Assembly (NCBI GenBank): GCA_910583775.1
Contig: CAJTYD010000002.1
Location: 16,428-80,427 of the forward strand
DNA: 64,000 nucleotides
Source of the DNA: an uncultured Muribaculaceae bacterium
GTDB taxonomy: Bacteria > Bacteroidota > Bacteroidia > Bacteroidales > Muribaculaceae
Reading direction: 5' to 3'
Shown here: positions 48,249 to 59,755 of the stretch, piece by piece
Numbering within the stretch: position 1 is the stretch's first letter
Layout: each line of letters begins with the position of its first letter
Translations under genes and position numbers: made by a program
Notes under the pieces: model-generated
Database searches by the model: none
Told to the model about the DNA's origin: nothing
The model's input: the letters and a program-made list of their open reading frames with translations, nothing else

Positions 48249-48884
48249 ATGGTTCACAAAGGATTCTACGAGAAATATTTCATCGATCCCTTTATCAGGC
48301 AATATTCCGATTTCAAGGGGACGACAGCCCGGCGCGATGCCCTTTGCTCTCTGCTGGCATGGATTATCCTTACCGCCGGGATAACAGGCATCCTCACGGG
48401 GCTTGTAGGACTTCTGGGTGGCGAAGTGGCCTTCCCATGCCTGTGGATTATCGGAGGGATATGGATTCTCGCCTCCCTGGTTCCACTGGCCGCGCTGGCG
48501 GTCAGAGCCTCGCGTGGCCGGACCGAACCGCTGACGGAACCAGAGAATGCCTCCCGGACCGGATACAGTATTCTCGGGATAGACATTCTCCTGAGCGTGG
48601 TATGTTTCCTTTTTCTGATTCTCGGAATCCCGATGATGATAACGACCGTAAGAAGCGAGACTATTGAGATCGATCCTTCGGGCATCAGCAAGCTCCCCGC
48701 ATCGAAATTGCCGGAAGACAGCGTCTACGAGGAACCTATATTCAACTATCAGCAGACCGACATCTCCGACGAGCCTCTCGACACGGTCGCCTCAATAGAG
48801 GAGGCTTTCGACTCCATCGGCAACCTCGCCGAACCCGTAGTGGAGGAAACCCCTCAGGAACATCCCGACAGCCTCGCATTCTGA
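48249..48884 (+). CDS. DUF805-like membrane protein with acidic tail
   Basis: ATG at 48249; YSDFKGTTARRD and LAALAVR motifs; 3 TM helices. Confidence 0.65.
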   Translation: MVHKGFYEKYFIDPFIRQYSDFKGTTARRDALCSLLAWIILTAGITGILTGLVGLLGGEVAFPCLWIIGGIWILASLVPLAALAVRASRGRTEPLTEPENASRTGYSILGIDILLSVVCFLFLILGIPMMITTVRSETIEIDPSGISKLPASKLPEDSVYEEPIFNYQQTDISDEPLDTVASIEEAFDSIGNLAEPVVEETPQEHPDSLAF

Positions 48885-48927
48885 TAATTTTGAATGTTGA
48901 ATCTGGAATTTTGAATTGGGCTGACGC
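48885..48927 (+). repeat. 43-bp heptamer-repeat element ending GGGCTGACGC, copy 2
   Basis: taattttgaatgttgaatctggaattttgaattgggctgacgc. Confidence 0.7.
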
Positions 48928-49265
48928 GGATTTTTTTGACACGAGTACAGGAGTGCATTCATTAGATCCGGCTGGCGTCTTCGACTTATTTTTTAGTACA
49001 GGAGCGCCGACGCGAAGTTGTTGGGACGCACGGCTCGTGCGTCCGCCTGACGATCCCCGAAAAACATGATATAAAACAGGTTATTTCCTTTTTATAAATT
49101 TTATTGTTATATTTGCAAGACACAGTGCGTTGGACCTCTTCGGCAAAGAGCTTGATTCCCTTTCAAGGTTACGGGTGATTTACTCTTCCTTGCCGTTCGG
49201 TCCAACGTCTTCTGCTTCAGGAAACCATACAAAAAATAAAATGAGTTTATAAAACCTAAACAACA

Positions 49266-49667
49266 ATGAAAAAGAAAAACCTTTTATTCCTTCTGTTAGG
49301 ATTGCCATTCATTCTACTTGCCGCCGGTTGCTCTGACGACAATGGTTCCACAGATATTGATGATCCTGAATCGATCATAGGGAAATGGCAGGATGTAACA
49401 TATGTCGATGATGACTGGACATGCTATTACTGGTTTGAAAAAGACGGCAGCTTCAGAGCCCAGGAGATAGAAGAGGGTTATAAGGTCAATGCCAAGGGAA
49501 CCTACACCTACAGCAACCGCACCCTATCGATTACCCTGGTATGGAGTGATGATGACGATGATTACGATCAATATGATCAGACAACCTTCCGCGTGTTATC
49601 GCGCGACGGCAAGACAATGCGTCTTATCGATGAGTTCGGCGATGAGCTGACCTGGAAGAAACGATAA
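49266..49667 (+). CDS. Lipocalin-like lipoprotein
   Basis: Lipobox AAGC, IIGKW motif, beta-rich 133 aa. Confidence 0.75.
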   Translation: MKKKNLLFLLLGLPFILLAAGCSDDNGSTDIDDPESIIGKWQDVTYVDDDWTCYYWFEKDGSFRAQEIEEGYKVNAKGTYTYSNRTLSITLVWSDDDDDYDQYDQTTFRVLSRDGKTMRLIDEFGDELTWKKR

Positions 49668-49704
49668 TCAAAGAAACCCTTTAATATATAAAAGAGCAGT
49701 CGCA

Positions 49705-50677
49705 TCATGTCGATGCGGCTGCTTTTTCATTGCCATTCCCATTCCCTTTGCGCGTAAGGTATTTTTCCTGAATGGTCTGCATAAGAACCCAGAAGTTAGG
49801 CACGAACAGAGTCCCTATAAACGCATTCATCGCCATCCCGAACACCACCGCCGTTCCGATCGCGACGCGGCTCTGCGCGCCGGCGCCCGTAGCGAACATC
49901 ATAGGCATCACACCGAACACGAAGGCAAGCGCTGTCATCATGATAGGCCTGAAACGGATTTCTCCCGCATCCTGCGCCGCCTTCACTATCGGCACGCCCT
50001 GCTTGCGGAAATCCATCGCATATTCAACGATGAGGATGGCGTTCTTGGCCGACATTCCCAACAGCAGGATAAGTCCGATCTGAGTATAGATACTGATGCT
50101 CTGGTTCATTATCATACATCCCACGATTGTTCCCAGAATAGCTATCGGCATACTGAGCACCACCGCGATAGGGTCGGTCCAGCTCTCATACTGCGCCGCA
50201 AGCACCAGAATGGTCATGATAATGGCGAATATAAACACAAACGAAATCGTCACTCCCGACTGAGTCTCCTGATAAGCCTCGCCTGTCCACGCATAGCCGT
50301 AATTCTTTCCCAAAGCTTCCTTCACTATCTCCTCCATCGCCTCGATGCCCTGCGACGAGCTCACTCCGGAGGCCGGTGTGGCCGTGATGCCACCGGTCCT
50401 ATACATATTATAGCGCAACACGCTCGAGACGCCCATTGTCGGCTCTACCCGGGTGAAGGTAGAGAACGGCACCATCTTCCCCTCCGAGTTGCGCACGGCA
50501 AGCCTGCGGATATCATCGATGGCGGAACGCGAAGAGGCGGCTCCTTTCAGCGTCACCTGATAACTGCGGCCGAAATCTTCGAAATCATTGACGTAGGAAT
50601 CGCCCAGATAGGAGGAAAGTGTGGGACGGAACTGCCATTACGGCGGCGATAAGGTGTGTTTTCCAAAGCATTTTCAT
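49705..50677 (-). pseudogene. Remnant of an RND efflux operon: C-terminal third of an AcrB/HAE1 permease joined out of frame to a signal-peptide start
   Basis: TLSSYLGDSYVNDF..FGRSYQV, LAAQYESW, SAKNAILIVEYA, RFRPIMMTALAF; in-frame stop at 50638-50640; only about 300 codons remain. Confidence 0.85.
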
Positions 50678-50797
50678 AATCGCAACCCTGAGTTATAACT
50701 GCTGCGGCTGAACTCTCTTCAGCACGAGCACACTGAATCGGTTATATTTTTAACGACGCAATTGCCGACGCGGTTCATCTGTTTCCCTTGTACGGAT

Positions 50798-50831
50798 AAA
50801 AAAGAGGGCGCCATTTCACAATGACGCCCTC
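50798..50831 (-). terminator. Terminator of pckA
   Basis: Minus strand gagggcgtcat-tgtgaa-atggcgccctc followed by a T run. Confidence 0.75.
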
Positions 50832-50881
50832 CAATAACCAAATTTAAAATTTTTTACAATGAAAAAAAGTAGTCTTTTCAA

Positions 50882-52495
50882 TTAGATGTGAGGACCGGCT
50901 GCGACGAGCTTCTTGCCTGCCTCGTTGTTCTCGAACTTCTTGAAGTTGTTGATGAACATCTCGGCAAGTTTCTTGGCCTTCTCATCCCACTCGGCAGGAT
51001 TCTTGTAGGTGTCGCGCGGATCGAGGATCGCGGGATTTACACCGGGAAGCTCTGTCGGGATAACGAAATCGAAGTAAGGAAGAACCTTTGTAGGAGCCTT
51101 CTCGATGTCGCCGTTGAGGATATCGTCGATGATACCGCGTGTGTCAGGAATCGAGATACGTTTGCCCGTACCGTTCCAGCCTGTGTTCACGAGGTATGCC
51201 TTAGCGCCGTTAGCACTCATCTTCTTCTCGAGTTCCTCTGCATATTTTGTAGGATGGAGCGAGAGGAATGCCTGGCCGAAGCAAGCGGAGAATGTGGGAG
51301 TAGGCTCTGTGATACCGCGCTCTGTGCCGGCGAGCTTAGCTGTGAAGCCGGAGAGGAAGTAATATTTAGCCTGCTCGTTGTTGAGGATAGCTACCGGAGG
51401 AAGAACGCCGAAAGCATCTGCGGAAAGGAAGATCACCTGCTTTGCAGCCGGGCCTTTCGAAACAGGCTTGACGATGTTCTCGATGTGGTAGATAGGATAG
51501 CTTACACGGGTGTTCTCTGTCACGCTCTTGTCGGCGAAGTCGCATGCGCCGTCCGGGCTGCGGAACACTACGGTTACGTTCTCAAGAAGAGCGTCACGCT
51601 TGATGGCGCCGTAGATGTCGGGCTCATTCTCTTTCGAGAGGTTGATGACCTTGGCGTAGCAGCCGCCCTCGTAGTTGAACACACCGTCGTCGTCCCAGCC
51701 GTGCTCGTCATCACCGATAAGCTTACGTTTCGGGTCGGTCGAAAGTGTGGTCTTGCCTGTACCTGACAGACCGAAGAAGATGGCTGTCGAGGTTTCCTCC
51801 ATATTGGTGTTGGCTGAGCAGTGCATCGAAGCGATGCCACGGAGAGGATTGAAGTAGTTCATCATCGAGAACATACCTTTCTTCATCTCACCGCCATACC
51901 ATGTATTGATGATTACCTGTTCGCGCTGTTTGATGTTGAATGCGACAACTGTCTCTGAGTGGAGACCGAGTTCCTTGTAGTTCTCGCATTTAGCCTTCGA
52001 TGCGTTGAAGACAACGAATCCGGGCTTGAAGTCTTTGAGCTCCTCTTTTGTAGGACGGATGAACATGTTGGTCACAAAATGTGCCTGCCATGCGACCTCC
52101 ATGATGAAGCGGACTGCAAGACGGGTAGCGGGGTTGGCGCCGCAGAAGCAGTCGACAACATAAAGAGTCTTGTCGGAAAGCTCGCTTACGGCTTTCTCGC
52201 GAAGCTTGTCCCAAACCTCTGTGGTGATGGGCTTGTTGTCGTTCTTGTATTCTTCGGTTGTCCACCATACGGTGTTCTCTGTCTCGTCATCCTTTACAAG
52301 ATATTTGTCCTTAGGAGAACGGCCTGTATAAACACCTGTGAAAACATCTACTGCACCAAGGTCTGTCTGAATACCTTTCTCGAAGCCCTCGAGCTCGGGA
52401 TTGGTCTCATCTTTGTACAAATCTTCATAAGAGGGATTGTAGATTACTTTCTTAACATCCTTAATCCCATACTGTGAAAGATCTAAAGTTGCCAT
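50882..52495 (-). CDS. pckA: Phosphoenolpyruvate carboxykinase (ATP)
   Basis: [50 protein letters not shown]. Confidence 0.98.
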   Translation of the reverse strand: MATLDLSQYGIKDVKKVIYNPSYEDLYKDETNPELEGFEKGIQTDLGAVDVFTGVYTGRSPKDKYLVKDDETENTVWWTTEEYKNDNKPITTEVWDKLREKAVSELSDKTLYVVDCFCGANPATRLAVRFIMEVAWQAHFVTNMFIRPTKEELKDFKPGFVVFNASKAKCENYKELGLHSETVVAFNIKQREQVIINTWYGGEMKKGMFSMMNYFNPLRGIASMHCSANTNMEETSTAIFFGLSGTGKTTLSTDPKRKLIGDDEHGWDDDGVFNYEGGCYAKVINLSKENEPDIYGAIKRDALLENVTVVFRSPDGACDFADKSVTENTRVSYPIYHIENIVKPVSKGPAAKQVIFLSADAFGVLPPVAILNNEQAKYYFLSGFTAKLAGTERGITEPTPTFSACFGQAFLSLHPTKYAEELEKKMSANGAKAYLVNTGWNGTGKRISIPDTRGIIDDILNGDIEKAPTKVLPYFDFVIPTELPGVNPAILDPRDTYKNPAEWDEKAKKLAEMFINNFKKFENNEAGKKLVAAGPHI

Positions 52496-52680
52496 AATCT
52501 TAATTATTATTTTGGGTTTTAATATTTAATCTTTCTGATTCTCAATTCACTTGTCATAAAGAGGAACCATACGGCGCAGGTCTCCCCGACGCTGAAGATT
52601 CGACTCTTTCAGACGGTGCAAAATTAATCAATTTATTTCAATTAATTAAGCTTTTTAATATAAATTAAAGAAAAATTTCC

Positions 52681-53193
52681 TTAATTCACCTTGGGCGCTG
52701 TGTATACGCGGCTGCCGAGCTCGCGGTCGATCTGGAGAATGCCGGTGCCGTCGCCCTTGACAAGGTTCAGATTGTCGAGGATATCCTGCACATTGTGCTC
52801 TTCCTCAACCTGTTCGGCGATATACCAGTTGAGCATCTGACGGGTGGCGTAGTCCTTCTCCTCCTCGGCAAGGGCATAAAGGGCGTTGATGCGCTTCGTA
52901 ACCTCCATCTCGTGGGCGAGTGTATCGCTGAATGTCTCCTCGAGCGAGCTCCACTCCTGCTTAACGGCCGCAATAGGATCGATCTTCACCACGCCTCCGC
53001 GGGCATGAAGGTAATCGATGAATATCTCGGCATGTGCCTGCTCTTCCCTGAACTGCACCTTATACCAGTTTGCAACACCCGTACGGCCCTGCTGCTCCCA
53101 GTAGCATGCCATTGATAAATAAAGAAATGCCGACCAGAATTCCGCATTGATCTGATCGTTGATTGCGTTCGCTAATTTTTCGTTAATTGTCAT
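52681..53193 (-). CDS. ftnA: Non-heme ferritin
   Basis: QINAEFWSAFLYLSM, EEQAHA, WYIAEQVEEE. Confidence 0.93.
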   Translation of the reverse strand: MTINEKLANAINDQINAEFWSAFLYLSMACYWEQQGRTGVANWYKVQFREEQAHAEIFIDYLHARGGVVKIDPIAAVKQEWSSLEETFSDTLAHEMEVTKRINALYALAEEEKDYATRQMLNWYIAEQVEEEHNVQDILDNLNLVKGDGTGILQIDRELGSRVYTAPKVN

Positions 53194-53346
53194 AAATCTG
53201 TTATAAATTTAGAAAACATCTATCTTTTTTTCGATTCTTTACCATAGCGACTCATCCATTTTTCTGAGAAAGTCTACCACTATAACAGCGTCGAAACTTA
53301 TTTTTTTTGCAAAAATAACATTTATTTTGCAATTTTGCATCTCATT

Positions 53347-54192
53347 ATGAAACGGATATTGGAGTTTTTTCAGAAATATGCCGCCATCGGCTCAAAATCA
53401 GCCGCCACTCTGCTAAAAGTGGCGGTAATGTCGCGTCGTCCCTCTCCCGCCTGCGGGCCAAAAGAGGAGGAAATCATCATCATGGGAAACGGCCCGTCGC
53501 TGCGGTCGAATCTCGACAACGACATGGACAAACTGAAGAGGCATCCCTTGCTTTCGGTGAATTTCGCTCCCAACACTCCGGAGTTCGCCGGGCTCCGTCC
53601 GAATATCCACATCCTCGCCGACGGCTTATTCTTCGCTTCTCCGGGAAACGCCAACGTCGAGAAGATGTGGGAGAATCTCGCGGCCGTCGACTGGGAAATG
53701 ATCCTTTACGTTCCAGCCGCCCAGCGAAAGAATACGCTTCTCGGGCGGCTCCCTGAAAACATCACCGTTAAGTATTTCAACCTGACCCCTGCCGCCGGCG
53801 CCCTTTGGCTCACAAGAAAGCTTTTCGACGCAGGCCTGGCGATGCCGCGCCCCCGGAACGTGCTCATTCCTTCGATAATGTCTGCCATCAGGGAGGGATA
53901 CTCGACAATCCGCCTCATCGGCGCCGACCACAGCTGGAGCAAGACGCTCTGGGTAGACGACGACAACCGCGTGATGTCGGTGCAGCCTCATTTCTATAAG
54001 GACAACGACAAGGAGCTCAAGCGCGTGGAGCAGGTAGGGGCGACGATGCATCTCCATCAGATGTATGAAAGCCTTTCGATAGCCTTCCGCAGCTATTTCG
54101 ACATCAAGGACTACGCCGACCGGCGCGGCATCACCATCATCAACTCCACTCCAGCCTCCTTCATCGACGCCTTCCCCCGCGCCCCCCTCTGA
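53347..54192 (+). CDS. Hypothetical protein, MptE/DUF115-like glyco-modification family
   Basis: IMGNGPSL, SVNF, LIGADHSW, IINSTPASFIDAF. Confidence 0.65.
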   Translation: MKRILEFFQKYAAIGSKSAATLLKVAVMSRRPSPACGPKEEEIIIMGNGPSLRSNLDNDMDKLKRHPLLSVNFAPNTPEFAGLRPNIHILADGLFFASPGNANVEKMWENLAAVDWEMILYVPAAQRKNTLLGRLPENITVKYFNLTPAAGALWLTRKLFDAGLAMPRPRNVLIPSIMSAIREGYSTIRLIGADHSWSKTLWVDDDNRVMSVQPHFYKDNDKELKRVEQVGATMHLHQMYESLSIAFRSYFDIKDYADRRGITIINSTPASFIDAFPRAPL

Positions 54193-55027
54193 TCCTTCCT
54201 CTGAGCCTTCCTCTGACTTCACGGTTGAAGAGGCGGCGTTCGGGGTCGCGGAGGAAGCCCCATTTGCGGAAGTAGCGGAGCATATTTATCAGGTGGACGC
54301 GAAGCATGCGCAGGCTTTTGACCGAGGCGCGGCGGTGAGTGTGGATTACGGTGGCCACGGGAAGCCGGAGCGTCTGCCAGCGGCGGTGGAGGCGCCGCGT
54401 TATGTCGATGTCTTCAGGATACATGAAGAACCGTTCGTCAAAAAGTCCCGCCTCTCGCAAGGCCTCCATCCGGAAAAACATGAAGCACCCCAATAGATAA
54501 GGAGCGTTGACAGGCTCTGACGGGTCGAGATCCTGAAGCAGATAGCGACGGTCGTGTCGCTTTCTGAGAAAGCCGGGAACGAGTCGGCGTACAAGAAGAT
54601 CGGCCGGCGACGGAAGAAGCCGGGCGTTGTACTGGAGACGACCATCGGGATAACGGATCAGCGGAGAGATTATCCCAGCCTCCGGATGCGACCCGAAACA
54701 GGAGACGATCGGCGTCGCCACATCTCCCTGCCAGCATACATCCGGATTCACCACAAGGTGATAGCGGCTTCCGGCTGCCATGGCCTCGCGGATAGCCACG
54801 TTGTGCCCCGCGCCGTAGCCGTTGTTCTCAGTCCTGACTACAGTGACCTCTTTGGGAAACGAGGCAAGCCTATGTCTGAGTTCATGAAAAAAATCCGCGT
54901 CCGGGCCGTTATAGACGACCCAGACACGGTCTATTGCCGAAGCGGAGAGCGAATCGAGGAGGCTGCACAACTCCTCTTTCGGGGAATCATGCACCACAAC
55001 CGACGCGCTGACCGTCATTCCATTCAT
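54161..55027 (-). CDS. GT2 family glycosyltransferase
   Basis: NNGYGAGHN, VVNPD, GCFMFFR, FDERFFMYPEDID. Confidence 0.92.
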   Translation of the reverse strand: MNGMTVSASVVVHDSPKEELCSLLDSLSASAIDRVWVVYNGPDADFFHELRHRLASFPKEVTVVRTENNGYGAGHNVAIREAMAAGSRYHLVVNPDVCWQGDVATPIVSCFGSHPEAGIISPLIRYPDGRLQYNARLLPSPADLLVRRLVPGFLRKRHDRRYLLQDLDPSEPVNAPYLLGCFMFFRMEALREAGLFDERFFMYPEDIDITRRLHRRWQTLRLPVATVIHTHRRASVKSLRMLRVHLINMLRYFRKWGFLRDPERRLFNREVRGRLRGRIRGGRGGRRR

Positions 55028-55057
55028 ATCCGATTCTCAGCGATTCGTCTGATTCTC

Positions 55058-55498
55058 TTATTTCCCGGAATCCTTCTTCAGGATATCGCGGATCTCTGTG
55101 AGAAGCGTCTCCTCGGCACTCGGAGCCGGAGCCGGAGCCGCGGCCTCCTCGGCCTTCTCCTTACGCATGAATTTCATGGTGACGTGAAGAGCCACGAAGA
55201 TGCTGAGCGCGATGATGAAGAAATCAACCACGTTCTGGATAAAGAGGCCGTAATTGATGGCCACCTCCTCGACGGCAGCCACACCATCGGCTGTTGCCTC
55301 CTTGGCCGGAGTGATGACATACTTGAGGTTCTTATAGCCGTCGCCTCCCGTCACGATGGAGATGACAGGCATGATGATGTCGTTTACGAGAGAGGATACA
55401 ATCTTGCCGAACGCGCCGCCGATGATAACACCGACAGCCATATCGACCACATTGCCCTTTAGGGCGAACTCCTTAAAATCCTGGATAAACTTTCCCAT
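55058..55498 (-). CDS. mscL: Large-conductance mechanosensitive channel
   Basis: [40 protein letters not shown]. Confidence 0.98.
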   Translation of the reverse strand: MGKFIQDFKEFALKGNVVDMAVGVIIGGAFGKIVSSLVNDIIMPVISIVTGGDGYKNLKYVITPAKEATADGVAAVEEVAINYGLFIQNVVDFFIIALSIFVALHVTMKFMRKEKAEEAAAPAPAPSAEETLLTEIRDILKKDSGK

Positions 55499-55989
55499 AA
55501 TTTAGATATAATTTAGATAGTTTCTTCAGAACCGAGAATCAAAATTCCGAAACCAATATCCTATCAGCCAAAAAGCAAATGCTTTAAAAAATATTACAGT
55601 TTCTTAATTTTAACCTCGATTAATCTATTTTAATTATTGATTATCAATATTTTATTATAATCCCGTTGTTATTATTAGGCAACCGGACCGGATCGCATCC
55701 TTTTTTAGTGTGTCGATGGCGGCAGCCGAGATGCAATGCTGTTTTTTCAGAGCTCCGGATGCCACCCGAAATCATGTCTGAATAGCATATTGCGGTTCGA
55801 TCAGCCGGGAATACTAACAATAAAATATATTTTTGGCTGTATTGGTTCAAAAAATGTCTGTTTCAGGTGCAAAAATGCATTTTTTTTGCTAATTTTGCAA
55901 TCGGAAGATGAAATAAATCTTCCGGACAATAAAAAACAGGTATTTTAGGCAATTAATTAAGGAAAAAGAGAATATCAAAATACAATTAA

Positions 55990-57024
<1,035 letters not shown>

Positions 57025-57046
57025 TCAGTCTGAACTCATTCATCAT

Positions 57047-57080
57047 AAAGAGGGATTCCAAAACGGAACCCCTCTTTTAT
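57047..57080. terminator. Terminator between gap and queG
   Basis: aaagagggattcc-aaaac-ggaacccctctttt. Confidence 0.75.
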
Positions 57081-57081
57081 T

Positions 57082-58008
57082 TTATCTCTCCGAGACGTTG
57101 CGGCGCAGGCCTTCATATCCGGCGCGACGGATCGGAGTGCCGGTTATCTCTCTGTCGAATTCCTCGCGACTCATACCCGCGATTCTCTCGCGGCTGAGAG
57201 TCGACGCCGGACCTCCGAGCTGGAACTCCTCCATCCCGGCCGGCCTCACGTTCTTGTTATGCGGGCATACCGTCATGCAGAGGTCGCAGCCAAAGATCGT
57301 GTTACGCCCGACATCCGTCCGCATCACCTCGTTCTCCACATGATCCGTCCATGGTCCCTTATGCTCTATTGTCAGATAATTGATGCATCTGCGGCTGTCG
57401 AGGCCATTCATGTCTCGCAGAGCGTTTCCCGGACAGACCTCCACACATTTTCCGCAACCGGCGCAAAGGTCGCGACACGGCTCATCAGGCTCTATCCGAA
57501 GCGTAGTGACAATCTCGGCAAGGAAAACCATGCTCCCCGCGCCGGGAACAATCAGCAGCTCATTCCTCCCCCTGAAACCTATTCCCGCGCGCTGAGCCCA
57601 GTATTTCTCAAGGATGGGAGCCGAGTCAACGCAGACGCGGTATTCGCCTCCATAACGTCCCCGCAAAGCCTCGATACATTTATCCAGGCGTCTCTTCAGC
57701 ACCTTGTGGTAATCGCGCCCGTAGGCATAACAGGCGACAATGCCGTTCGAATTGTCGCGCCTCTCCGAGGGAACATAGCTGAACGCAAGCGAAATCACCG
57801 TCCCGGCCCCTTCAAGGAGAAGTCTCGGATCGCGCCTCACGTCGGGATAACGCTCCATGTAATCCATCGAGGCGTGCCGACCCTCTTCAAGCCAGCGCAT
57901 ATATCGGAGCCACTCCTTTTCCTCTACAGGAGCGGCCGCCGCAAAACCTACGGCAATCGCGCCCGATGAAAGGAGTTCTCTCCTTATCTCTTCTTTTTCA
58001 GGAATCAT
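57082..58008 (-). CDS. queG: tRNA epoxyqueuosine(34) reductase
   Basis: YAYGRDYH, VDSAPILE, CxxCxxCxxxCP, RCINYLTIE, FGCDLCMTVCPHN. Confidence 0.95.
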   Translation of the reverse strand: MIPEKEEIRRELLSSGAIAVGFAAAAPVEEKEWLRYMRWLEEGRHASMDYMERYPDVRRDPRLLLEGAGTVISLAFSYVPSERRDNSNGIVACYAYGRDYHKVLKRRLDKCIEALRGRYGGEYRVCVDSAPILEKYWAQRAGIGFRGRNELLIVPGAGSMVFLAEIVTTLRIEPDEPCRDLCAGCGKCVEVCPGNALRDMNGLDSRRCINYLTIEHKGPWTDHVENEVMRTDVGRNTIFGCDLCMTVCPHNKNVRPAGMEEFQLGGPASTLSRERIAGMSREEFDREITGTPIRRAGYEGLRRNVSER

Positions 58009-58673
58009 TTCCGACCGAAGTCTGCGGGGATCTCACCCCAGATCTCCGTCTGCCATTTCAGGATACGGGGACGGAAAGAATGCGAATTGAGCCACGACAA
58101 AGCGCGCTCCATCATCTTGAAGCTGTTTTCGTTGGCCGCGGTGCGTTCGAGCTTCGTCTTTATCTTGCGGTCGCGTACCCAGGCCATTCCCGTAACGGAA
58201 TCGCTGTAGATCGTATGGGTCTCCCCCTTCTTCTGCATCAGCGAAATGGCATGGACGATGGCAAGGAACTCACCAATGTTGTTTGTCGATTTCTCAAACG
58301 GGCCGACACGGAAAATCTCGCGGCCTGTCATCAGCTCCACCCCGCGGTATTCCATCCTTCCGGGATTCCCCTGACACGAGGCGTCTACCGCCCAGCCGTT
58401 GAGGTCTATTTCAGGGAATTGCATATAGTCCGGTTTTCCGGGTGCCGGCATATTCATTCTGGCGGAGTTAAGAAGCAGCGACCCGAGGTCCGCCTTGTCG
58501 TTCTTAAGTTCCTCGCGACGGTAGGCGTCGGCGGCCTCGGCAGCCGTCGGATAGCTCTTGAAGAGAGCGCCGGGAAAATTGTCGACCTGCTCCATGGCAT
58601 CGTCGAGGTTGTCATAGACACCGGGCTGGCGTCCTTTCCAGACTACGTAATATCTTCGTGAATAATCGGCCAT
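58005..58673 (-). CDS. rnhA: Ribonuclease HI with N-terminal hybrid-binding (viroplasmin-like) domain
   Basis: YYVVWKGRQPGVY, AVDASCQGNPG, TNNIGEFLA, IYSDS, EIPADFGRK. Confidence 0.92.
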   Translation of the reverse strand: MADYSRRYYVVWKGRQPGVYDNLDDAMEQVDNFPGALFKSYPTAAEAADAYRREELKNDKADLGSLLLNSARMNMPAPGKPDYMQFPEIDLNGWAVDASCQGNPGRMEYRGVELMTGREIFRVGPFEKSTNNIGEFLAIVHAISLMQKKGETHTIYSDSVTGMAWVRDRKIKTKLERTAANENSFKMMERALSWLNSHSFRPRILKWQTEIWGEIPADFGRK

Positions 58674-58700
58674 TGTCGGTTAAAGGTTGGGGTTGAAGTG

Positions 58701-59717
58701 TTATAAACTGGTAAAGTCAGGTTCGCTGCGGTAGCGGTAATTTCCCCTGAGGTCTTCGAAGCGGGCGAGATTCTCCCTGAGCAGATGAGTATCCGCCATC
58801 GGATCATAGGACGCCGTTATATCGGAAGCCGAGATAGTGTGGGGCATGACATAGGCCGGGGCGAGTCCCGATTTATCGGTTCTGAAGCCGAAGAAGTCAT
58901 CAAGAGCCTCGAGAGCCATACGCGTTCCGCGTTCCTTCCCCTCGAGCGAATAGCCCGCTATATGCGGCGTGGCGACATCTACCTTCGCGACAAGCCGCGG
59001 GTCGATCGCCGGCTCGTTCTCCCAAGTGTCGATCACCGCCCTGATTCTTCCCGACGATACCTGGCCGAGCAAGGCCGCCCCGTCGACTACAGGACCGCGC
59101 GATGCGTTTATCAGCACGGCTCCGTCGCGCATCAGCCTAAGTTCATTCTCAGATATCAGATGATATGTGGGGAAAGGTTCGGGAGAATGTGTGAGCGGCA
59201 CATGAAGCGTAATTACATCCGATTCCGCGAGCAGCCTCTCGAACGGCTTATAAGGCAGCTTCACGCCGGCTTCCTCGAGCAACGGGTCGCTCACCGAGAT
59301 TTCGGCCCCGAGCCTGCGGCCCCAGTCGCCGACAATCGAGCCGACATTGCCATATCCGATCACCCCGACTTTCGTCGCCGAAGAGTCGATGCCCATCCTC
59401 AGAAGGGAAGCCCAGACATATTGCGCGACGGCCGGAGCGTTGCAGCCGGGGGCGTTCACCACCTTTATACCGTTGGTCACGCACCATTCGCAGTCAATAT
59501 GGTCGACGCCTATCGTCGCCGTCACAACGAGCCTAACCGAGGATCCCTCAAGCAACTGCCTGTCGCAGCGGGTACGCGTCCTCACAACAACGGCATCGGC
59601 GTCTTTAACCGCATCGGCGTCAATCTTGAGAGGGTCCCTATAAACCACCTCGGCGAAAGGCTCGAGACGGCCTTTTATGAAAGGTATTTTTTCGTCAATT
59701 ACTATCTTCAACGACAT
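58701..59717 (-). CDS. pdxB: 4-phosphoerythronate dehydrogenase
   Basis: VRTRT, TATIGVDHID, NAPGCNA, GYGNVG, TLHVPL, DTWENEP, TPHIAGYSLEGK. Confidence 0.95.
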   Translation of the reverse strand: MSLKIVIDEKIPFIKGRLEPFAEVVYRDPLKIDADAVKDADAVVVRTRTRCDRQLLEGSSVRLVVTATIGVDHIDCEWCVTNGIKVVNAPGCNAPAVAQYVWASLLRMGIDSSATKVGVIGYGNVGSIVGDWGRRLGAEISVSDPLLEEAGVKLPYKPFERLLAESDVITLHVPLTHSPEPFPTYHLISENELRLMRDGAVLINASRGPVVDGAALLGQVSSGRIRAVIDTWENEPAIDPRLVAKVDVATPHIAGYSLEGKERGTRMALEALDDFFGFRTDKSGLAPAYVMPHTISASDITASYDPMADTHLLRENLARFEDLRGNYRYRSEPDFTSL

Positions 59718-59755
59718 TTCCCGAACTTATTCCCTAATCAAAATATCAAAACAGA

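Noticed and set aside
55677..55764. Possible structured RNA between mscL and gap (ggcaaccgga/tccggatgcc)
   Set aside because: There is only one imperfect stem and no recognisable family, which is insufficient evidence.
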